The position numbers were made by a program, and so were the translations under genes. From Lenisia limosa (lineage: Eukaryota > Protista > Breviatea), in NCBI GenBank assembly GCA_001655205.1, contig LPNZ01007335.1, positions 1 to 64,000 of the forward strand: a DNA stretch of 64,000 nt, written 5' to 3'. The number at the start of each line of letters is the position of its first letter. Position 1 is the first letter of the stretch. Under the pieces are notes generated by a model. That model ran no database searches. It was not told where the DNA came from and saw nothing but the letters and a program-made list of their open reading frames with translations. Below, in pieces: positions 14,401 through 24,200 of the stretch.

Positions 14401-17400
14401 GTTGAGCCGGCCGTTAGGGTCGGATGCCAGAAGAGTCGGGTAAATGCGGCAAGTCTCACTTGACTCATGAAAAATGAAGAGATTATGAGGTAAGCCGAAA
14501 CGAAAACTCACGTTGTCTCTTCAGTAGATTCACACAACACTTCCACTGTGAAGTTTGAAAGAGGAGCAGACGTCTGTGGAGATAAGACAGGGAGTTCTGA
14601 AACAAGAAAACCTTCGAGTCTTTCAACGTGGCAGTCAGAGGAAAGGGGAAGGGGTGCGTCACAGATATTGGAACAGCGGATATTGAGTCGTTCTGTATCG
14701 GAAAGATCAGGGAAAAAAAGCAAACCAGTGGTCTGGAGGTGACATCGACAGAAAAACTGTATGGATTGGCATGGATCATAAACACTTGACTAAAGGGTCA
14801 GGACCTGGACCGAAAGCGTTACCTGGTCCTGGTGTTGGCGGTGGCAATGACAACCAAACGGCCAGCGAACCAGTCCGGTACGGGCAATGTCACTGTGGAC
14901 TTGCCATTCTCCAGCGTGAAGGCGGCACTTGATGGGATATCCCTGGGGGGGGGGGGGNNNNNNNNNNNNNNNNNNNNNNNNNNNNNNNNNNNNNNNNNNN
15001 NNNNNNNNNNNNNNNNNNNNNNNNNNNNCCTGGAAACATTGCCGTATACCGAGGCTAAACTATCAGTATCTTGAAACCACAGCAACTATCAACAAACCTT
15101 GGACATTGGGGAAACTTCCATTATAATAAGATGCCCAGCAACAGGTTCAACATCCACGTTGGAGCGAAGCGTTACAACCGCCTGTCCGTTTACAGCTGTG
15201 TACTCCGAAGCACTTGGGTTCAAGTGAGCCAGAGAAGACTGGACTGGGAACACTCCAACCACGGCTAAAAGTTGTGAGTGTCCGAAGCCTCTTACCTCGG
15301 CTCACTTCCTCCCAAGTCTTCAGAAGGGGGTACCTCCTGTTCATCAATGGACACGCCTCATGCAACCTGAAAATCAACATGATACCTTGCACTTAGATTC
15401 CTTTTAAATGGCATACATTCTATGTAGAAATGAGAAAATCAAAAAAGTATCATTACACAAATAAAGGATTTCACCCGAAAAATTGCTTTGCACCCCGCGT
15501 ATACCTCATGCTGATAGTGACCATATCCCCGTGTTGAACAGCGATGTTGAGTTTACTGCCTTCAGAAACCGTCACTACAATGTCAACGCGTTCACAAGAG
15601 CCAAACTCACATAAATCATCAGGCTCAACTTCAAACTTCATAGCGACCGAACTCTACAGAATAAAAGCTGACCCAGCCACATACTTTAACAAAACTGCCC
15701 CAGCCACATACTTTATTTGCTGTAGTGAGGCAGTCAATGGGAATGTACTCGTCACTGTACTCAATTACATGGTCGTTTTGCTAAATAGGGTCAAAGGGAC
15801 ATGTAAAGAACGTTCAACAGTGTACCCAGAACTAACCACAAAAGAAGAAAAGGAGATTTCAGCACAGAGACACACTGACAATTCTGGTGCATATGATGCG
15901 TTACCACGCTGAAGCTAAAGGATTCAATTACCTTCCGTTCAGCGCCCCACCTCAATTTCCATGTCAAACACAGCCCCTGTATGGATAGTGTCGGGGACTG
16001 TCGAGTTGGCAGCTAAGTGAAGTTCCGCTTCAAACCTATCATGTCATAACTGGCGTTTGCAAAAAAGGTATCATGTGGATAAAACCTATCATGTATAACC
16101 GGCCTGCAAAAAAGCTATCTCTCGGGTGCCTCACGGTTTTTCATAGCGCTCAAGGTACGTAAACGTATTACTGAAGAAGTTTGATCGAATTCCATCAGAT
16201 CTGAAAGTTAACAGGATAACACTTAGCCAACCTTGCATAGATTTGGTATTGCCTCCCTGAATAGTTAATGAAAGGGTTACTTCGTTCCACCTACCATGTA
16301 CACCCGCAGAGAAGAAAGGGTAAATAAGCAGCTGCCCATCAGGATACGCGACCATCATCTACAAGTCAATGTTAAGCTAATTGCCACATACAGATTTGGC
16401 ATGCTTGACCTGGACAAACCCGTCATCAGGTTCAGCATGGAGGGTTACGTGGTGTTTCTCGCCAAAGCCTATTCGATAAAATCAGATAAGAGATCAGGAA
16501 ACTCACAGAAACCGTCAAAATCAGCAAATTGTATCATCAAAGGCGATTCCACTACTTCGTTTGTCTGAATGGTCACAAAGGATGCGATTAGAGTTAGGAG
16601 CAGAATAACCCTTTACATACCCGGCAAATGTCATTTGTGCATTTTGGCTCAGCCTGAATCAAAAGCAAAGCAATTCGTGTCGACACCTAAACTTGTTACC
16701 CATCTCCCAGATCCTCTACTCACCGTTATCAGAGGACCCTTAAAGAGAGCGTCACCGCTTGAGACTTCCAGTCCAAATGAACCCACTCGACTATAGCGTC
16801 AAATGGAAAAACAGAAAATTAAAACCCCTCTCCCACGCTTGCTGCGAAAAGGCCAGAACTAAAGTGGTCACTCCCTGACTGTTCGTCAGTTGCACCTCTT
16901 CAGCGTAGTGGACCTAAAGCCCAGTAAGTCTCATGTCAATCATAAAATGTACTTCCAACTATTCATACCTTTTTAGAGTATCTGAAGAAGGTAATGTCAT
17001 TGGTTGCCTGGGAAGTGGGGTAGGTCACACCATCTGAATATTAGTTCTTTCTGTACAAATTGAAGCATAAAACTACAGGCTTACTAATGGAGTAGATATT
17101 CGCTTGTACGAGTGCTCCATCCACAGGGTGACCATTTTTGTTTTTCTGCTGAATGAGTAGCTTAAGATCCTTACCACAACGACAGGAACTTGGAAGAACT
17201 CCTTTTCCATCACTTCACTTGGGAATTCTGCAGAGATGGTTCGACCCTATTTCGATCAATAGGGAAACCTATGAACAACAAAAAGAATACGAATTACCAT
17301 ATCATCGTCATTTTGAGCAATACTAAGGTATCTTGACTCTGTTGTACCCGGCAAGAAGGCTGAGATGTTGTCGATCATAAAACGAACACGCTGCAAAAGT

Positions 17401-19190
17401 CACAACTCAGCAAAATTATGTATGGGATCATCAAATATTATTACCACTAACTGCGGAACCCCTTGTTGAAGATTCAATTGTGAAAGACTTGAAAATGGCA
17501 ACTCCAAACTCGTCCACTTCGGCAGTCATTGGCGAAAACGTTGCTACAATTGTGATGAGAACTACTTGATAGTACCAAAACGCTCAATTCCTTTCAAAAT
17601 ATTTAAATAAATTTATTCACCTCGTTTTCGAACCAGCAATCAGCCTGATTCAATGAAATAGTATACTTACCGTTTACGTTACCACTGTGGTACGAGGCAA
17701 TTGTTGAAGATAAATCTGAAAGGTTGGAACAACAACAAGGGATACTCACCTCCTCCATCCACCACAGCATGTACAACACGCCCCTTCAAATTGTCGGCTC
17801 CGATCCGCAAGGACCCGACATTGAGCCGATAGCTTCCGATTGGTGTTCCCACCACTGCACGAACTGGCGGCGGGGCTGCCCCCATATACTCCACTGTCAT
17901 TTGGTTGACATGCTCAGCTGGGAATTAAGCAATGTAGGTTTCACATTGTAAATGGTTCATGCAAATCTGGATGCTCAACATACTGATGGTGATATGCATG
18001 GAGGTTCCAACGTTAACGCCACCGGAATTCGTGGTGTTAAACATCAAAATATAGGCTCCAGGCAAAACAGTTGATGTAATCAAATTCGAAAATTCAACTG
18101 TCTGAAAGCAGTAAAAAAACAAGGCAATGAGTCTGAGTCCTTATCCCTGTATGTCAAATGACAGTAAACGGCCGTGAAAATGACAAGGTTGAAAGTGAAC
18201 CCACGCCGTCCTCCAAAGTGGTGTTCATAGTGCAGCCGGATAATGTCGGACCACATGACCGCGCGTTTTGTGTTGCATATTGCGAAGGAGGGTCGTAAGC
18301 TATAAGGTAAGTAAGCGCAGAAATGTTTCATTGATCATCATGTCGCAATACAAACCATAGTGGTTGGTTCCTTGAGGCAGGATATGACTGCACCTGGCTG
18401 ATGCTTCAGATGAAGTGAATGACAGGGCTTCCAAACGACCTGATATGAAAACTCCCGACTGTGGCGTACCAGCAGCATTACGAGCAATAAGCTGGACCAT
18501 GAAATGAGGTTAAGGTCACAATTCATTTTGGGGATTGGATATGAGGGAATCCAAATATCTAATAATATTCTTGTATGAAAAGAATAAGATACCCAACATG
18601 ACCCACAATGCCACATAAACCAACCAAAATAGGCAATCCATTGAGACCATGGATGGTGGACCCTGCCTCCACGCTCAGAGGTGGTGGATGCATGAGTAAG
18701 ATCTAAACAATAAAACGGTCACATTTCCAACAACCACATTACCTCTGAAACCAATGTTGACCCTGATGTTCTGTTGGGATCAACTATTGCCAATGGAAGA
18801 AGAACTAAAGTGTCAGATTAGCGAGACTCTCACTTCCAATCGCTATTGCAAACGGCAGGATAAAGAGAAGAACGGCCAGAGACCTTGAGATAAATTGGTC
18901 GCTCACAAGGTCAAAAAAAGGCTGGATATATGTCAGAGAAAGCAGAAAAGCTGTCAAAACTGAACGGAATGGTTGCATACCTGTTGTCTATGATCAACTG
19001 GTAGGTTCAAAAGAGAGGCTTCCACTGACTCTCTCGAGTCCTGTGGACGCGGCTTTTTGTCCAAAAGATGCTCAACTTCACTAAACTGTACATATGCTTC
19101 CTGGCTTTCTTCTGGGGTGAAAGATGAGACAGGTGCCGAGTCGTCTAAAAGACAATCCCCAATGGCTGAAGAATCAATTGTATGGCTCAT
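8477..19190 (-). CDS. Giant STRA6-like (RBP-receptor family) multipass membrane protein with an N-terminal TM anchor and a large beta-rich ectodomain
   Basis: C-terminal exons give PFRFPLRLWLALSL; KACLFAFVLATLYLLWLWKSIFSNFKE..LMLRRG; YRRLFGIYDFMASFSYVFAGFIEAIWHFIKYVFNVARAYARVD; HHRYHNPIMRVF; RARLVRNR|WLKAMTLVRNPSLR. All match STRA6 motifs in order and spacing. Upstream exons (11400-18700) stay open and are beta-rich. Exons 2-3 encode a TM helix (SLAVLLFILPFAIAIGILLPLAIV). Not every ectodomain junction was resolved, so single-gene continuity is inferred. Confidence 0.8.
11644..11975 (-). repeat. Intronic 21-nt minisatellite (plus-strand unit GAGCAGCATAGCCCCTTACGA/CAA), partly in an assembly gap
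   Basis: At least 6 units are visible before the N gap, and the same flank appears after it. Each unit reads ..TC/TT|GTAAGG.. on the minus strand. Confidence 0.9.
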
Positions 19191-19347
19191 TGTCTCATTA
19201 CACTATTATTATTGCTGTCATATCAAATTCTTTCTGCTCTCACTAGTGTCTCACTACCAGTTCAAGTTGCAAGTTCATGAATCGTGTGAGGGAGGGCAAA
19301 GATGTATTATGGATATGATATATTTTCAAGTTAGGATTGAAGGGCTA

Positions 19348-19400
19348 GCGTGGGGCCTGCGTGGGGTTTGGCGTGGGGGCCTAGCAGGCTTTGTGGGCGT
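19348..19400. promoter_or_regulatory. Clustered GCGTGGGG motifs in the divergent promoter between the STRA6-like and FET genes
   Basis: GCGTGGGG at 19348, 19359 and 19371 in otherwise AT-rich intergenic DNA. The reverse-complement motif CCCACG occurs twice at 47825 and 47836 in another divergent promoter. Confidence 0.45.
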
Positions 19401-19515
19401 AATGTGGGCTTTTTTTGGGCTTTTTAGTTTGGGCCTTGCTTGAACTTGATCCCCGCCGCCGGAGGTAAAAAAAACAATTTTTTTTTAAAAAAAATCCTCT
19501 TGTCAGATTCTCAAA

Positions 19516-20961
19516 ATGAGTTCTGAGTACGCAGAGTATGATTCCTGGGCCTTTTATGATTTCTTATTTTTAGGATTGATCAAGTCTTTATCTCCGGAAT
19601 CCCTGATGATTGTAATGAGCAAGATGTTGCTGACCTCTTTGGACAAATTGGACTTGTGAAGGTAGTATTAACGAAATGAAATCAGGATTGACTTTTTATT
19701 AGGAAAATAGGAAAACACGTGGTCCCGAAGTGTATTTCTACAAGGATAAAGAAACTGGACGAAGAAAGGGAGAGGCAACTCTCACATACGTTGATCCTGA
19801 AACTTCATCTACTGCTGTTGAGTTCTTTAATGGTAAATATTAAGCCTTATTTTCCATTTTGCTTATTTGAAATAGGTGCTGAGTTAAAAGGAAAGAAGAT
19901 CACTGTTGTTCTTGCTGAGCCTCGCAAAATCCCTCCCCGTATGACAAGTGGAAATTATTTCAATAAACAACTCTATCTACATACTGTAAGGGGGTATTTG
20001 GACTTTCCCCTTGTCCTTTGTGTTTCTCAAGATCAAGTGTTTGCCGTGGGGCTAGGGCCATTAATACCCTTTCTATCGATATGTTCTGAAGTTTTACTGT
20101 TTCAGAAAGCCAATGGAAGGGCCGCGGTGGTGGAGGAGGAGGAGGATTTGCCCCCGCTCCCGCTGGAGGCAAACCTGGTGACTGGTCTTGCCCGAACTGT
20201 AACAATCTCAACTTCAAGTGGGGTAACTTTCCTTGACCCTTTGTTGAGAAAATCATTTTGTGGCTTATGTTTTGATCCTGGGTTCACAAAGTAGATTTCG
20301 TGTGAAGTGCCAGAAATGTGACACCCCGAAGCCCGGAGCAGGCATGAACGCTGGTGGAGCAGCCTCGCAAGCCGCTGCTGCTGCCGGCATGGGCTTCGGC
20401 CATGACAAGGACCAGGGTGGTGCTGACTGGACTTGCCCTAATGCTACGTGAGGGGAGGGGGGGTGCAGATTCTTGTTCAAGATCAGTGCTGACCATATAG
20501 TTGCATGAATACCAACTGGGCCAGACGCAGCAAATGCAACATGTGTGGAGAGGCCAAGCCCCAGACCTATGGTGGTGACGCAGGTGCCAGTGATGGTGGG
20601 TGGCAGTCAGGCCTTCGCAGACGATATTGCTTCATTGACCCTTTAGGTCGTGGACCCCCCCGAGCCCCCCAGGGTGACGACAGACGCGGCGGCTACGGCG
20701 GAAGNNNNNNNNNNNNNNNNNNNNNNNNNNNNNNNNNNNNNNNNNNNNNNNNNNNNNNNNNNNNNNNNNNNNNNNNNNNNNCGTGGAGGCGGTGGCAGTT
20801 ATGGCGGCGGAAGAGATCAGGGAGGTTACGGAGGCGGAAGAGATGGAGGTCAAGGAGGCTATGGGGGTGGAAGAAGGGACCAGGGAAGAGACCAAGGCTA
20901 TGGTGGCGGAAGGGACTATAACCGTGGCGGTGGACGTGATGGTTATGACCGCCGACGCTAG
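19516..20961 (+). CDS. FET-family (TAF15/FUS/EWS/Cabeza-like) RNA-binding protein: RRM, two RanBP2 zinc fingers, RGG tail
   Basis: VFISGIPDDCNEQDVADLFGQIGLVK, YKDKETGRRKGEATLTYVDP, GDWSCPNCNNLNF..R..CQKCDTPKP, ADWTCPNA|TCMNTNWARRSKCNMCGEAKP, RGG/YGG repeats. Confidence 0.9.
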
Positions 20962-21237
20962 AGAGTTGGTTTCTTGTTTCTTTTTTTGTTCTTGTGTACG
21001 GTGTGCCTGTATCTGATGTATTTGTCTTCTATTAAGCTTGTCTTTCAAATATGTGCAATCAATGCTAGGTGATAGGTGTATTTTTTTACGAATATAATAT
21101 AGCTCTACTATATATACACCTCCATGTGTGACCCTCAAATACATATCATATATACTATACATCGTAAAATTATTACACCATATCATAAACAAATACAAGC
21201 AGATCAGAATAAAAACAAAAAAGACAGAGATAGGTAC

Positions 21238-24200
21238 CTAGATTTCATTATAGAACCAGTTGTCGTCGAAGGGGATGATGGGGACACGGCTTGTGTTCAT
21301 GCCTCTTGACGCTTGGCTTCGGAAGTCGGCGGCAGAGGTCAGTCGCGACTTCCGCATTTGCATGGCAGTTCCGGGCTGTGACGTCATCAAGGGCCAACAA
21401 AAAAAAAAAAAAAAAAAANNNNNNNNNNNNNNNNNNNNNNNNNNNNNNNNNNNNNNNNNNNNNNNNNNNNNNNNNNNNNNNNNNNNNNNNNNNNATAGGC
21501 CCTCTTGTCCAAAAGCTCACTATTGGGCAAAGTGAGGAAAAGATTTTGGCCAGTATATCAATTCGACTAAATGGAAGTGGGGATGCCAGGCTAAAAAAAT
21601 AAATCAAATTCCTCACATAATCAAGCAAATCGTCCCCTCCAACCATCCTCTCATCATATTTTGCAAATAGATCTCGTTCAGATGGGAATTCATCACTATT
21701 GGGGTGAGGAGACTGAGATATGGCAGATTGTAAGACCCCCTCTCACAAGACTTCGGAAGGGTTATCTTGAAAATGTCAAAGGGGATGACCATGTCATTGT
21801 GGCCCTCTTTTTGCTCTATTCCCTAGACAGGTAATGGGGAGGGGGAGGGGGTCTCACCTTGAGATGGAGCTGGAGGGGCACTTCAGGAGGCAAGGCTTCG
21901 GATATGGTTGAGTCCACAAGAATGCCACTTTGGAGCCCTTGAGATTTTTGCATGACTGATACTGTGGAGGGTGACAAATAAACGAAAGAAGAAAGGCCTT
22001 ACATGTCGAGAAAACTCCTGTTTTATGAAGAGAATTGGCCAAGATGAAAGTGGGGATATGGCGTCCAAATACAGCAGCAACACAGGAACCTGGGTATAAT
22101 ACAACTTACACTATCAAATCAAAAGAGAATAATAAATTAATCATTGCATTTATTGCTGGAGCATCATACAATGTTCAAGACACATTCTGACATTTTGGAG
22201 TCAAATATTACTGACAATTATCAATACAAGTAATGCACATAATAACCATTTGATGAAAGCTCACCCGAAGCAATTGAAATACTACACGTGATGGACCGGT
22301 GGGTTGCCTTCCAGAAGTAGAACTGAAACTGGCCTATTGCGTGGAACAAATGGATACAAGCATCTGAATGATGAGATTCAATCTTCTGACATAGCCTCAC
22401 CAAATCTACCCATCATACCAACAACAGAGAGAGAATCACTATTGGTTTCTGGGAGTCCTCCAACGATTTCGTAGCCTACATGCAATGAAACACATGCTTG
22501 AGTATGAATTGATGTTTGCACTGAATAATACTAGAAAGTAGAAAAGATTGATGTCATTCTGCCTTTCATTTTGAATCAGGGACGACGATTCCCTCCGAAC
22601 CATTGGTGATCGGAGACGGATGAAGGTACAGAAAACTGGTGACGTATTGAACAGAATCGACAATGCACGAAAGAAACGCAAATACCTGAGAATAAAAGTA
22701 AGAACAATTTTGTACAAGACGTTGCTCACCAAGACAGGGGAAAGGAATTCAATGTTTTCGAGAGCATTGTATTCAAGCTAAAAAAGCAATAACCAGAGAG
22801 TGACTGCCATTTCAAAAGTCCGAAGTAGCCCCCCCCCCCTACTCTCGCCACAGTGATATTTCGGAAGTAGTTGATTTGGTTGTACCCGTTCTGGGGCTTC
22901 TTGACACAGCGTTTGATGAGGTACAGAGGATAGAAGTGAATAAACTGATCGGTTAGTTGGTGGTGATAGGGGTGTGGAAATACCATATCAACGGATTCGT
23001 TGTAGAGAATAGACATTGGAACTGTTACGACGTAAGCAAGTCGCCACGCAGCATCGATTGTATACGCCGCAGTCATGCAGAGAATCGTCAAGAGGACAGA
23101 GAAAGTGACTATAATATTTAGTAAGAATTGTCAATAAGAGCCTAGCCAGATAGAGTAGGACCAACTGAGGGAGACCAGATGTGCAGTCGAGCATGAGAGG
23201 AAGTAGTACATCAGTACAGATATCACGAAACATAGTGTCGGTAGAATGATGTACACCATCCACCTAAAAAAAAAACGTGAAACCAAGGAGTAAAGTAAAT
23301 GCAATAACATAACCAATACACTCACCAGAGTTGAAAATAGACAACAAAAGCGACAGATGCAACAGTAATGAAACTAAAAGGATCTGTGCAATACATCTGA
23401 AGCAATTAGTGACCAAAGCATGTGGTCATCGGGTTTGAAAAACAAAGCAGAATCCTACTTCATCAGTCGTGTCTGTGTTGATGCTATACATGTACAAAAT
23501 TGTGTTTAGAATCATCAAAAGCGGCGGCAACGTTGGTTCAATAAAACTGACAATTGCACGAGGCGGAAATTCACTCAACACAATGAAGATGGTCAATGCA
23601 ACCGACACAAAGAGTGAGAGCAAAAGTGCTAAATAGTAACACCATGGTATTTGGTCCTTACAGTAGAGTAAGAATGAAGAAAAGCCGTAACGGATAACCA
23701 TAAGCGTGAAGAGGCAGTAGCAAGCAATCTAAATATGATTTTTGCGATTGCGACGGGAAAAAAAATACACCGTACTCGGAAAATAAAAGATATCATGTGT
23801 TGCTGAATCAAGGATCAAAAACCATACCTTCCACCATTTGATATATCGAATTCGAGCGGCCTGATAATTATACTCAATAAAGGGGTCGGAGAATGGCCAA
23901 AACGCGGGAGGAGTGATCTTAGGGGATAAGATTAGACAACAACTGGCCTACCAGGACCATTGATGATAGATCTTTCAGCTCTGACGGAGGGGAAAAGCCT
24001 ATTGTCAGTCAATAGCTGACAAGTACTAACCGTCAGGGTTTTCCTTTGTTTCACCTTTGGATTCTTGATCTACATCATCCATGGATCCAGTTACTTCAGA
24101 GTGACAAGACGGAAGTGTGCCAGCCACCATCGCTCGGAAAACCTGTCAACATAATATCTCTATTGAAATGTACAATGTGTCTTAATGATGATATGAATAT

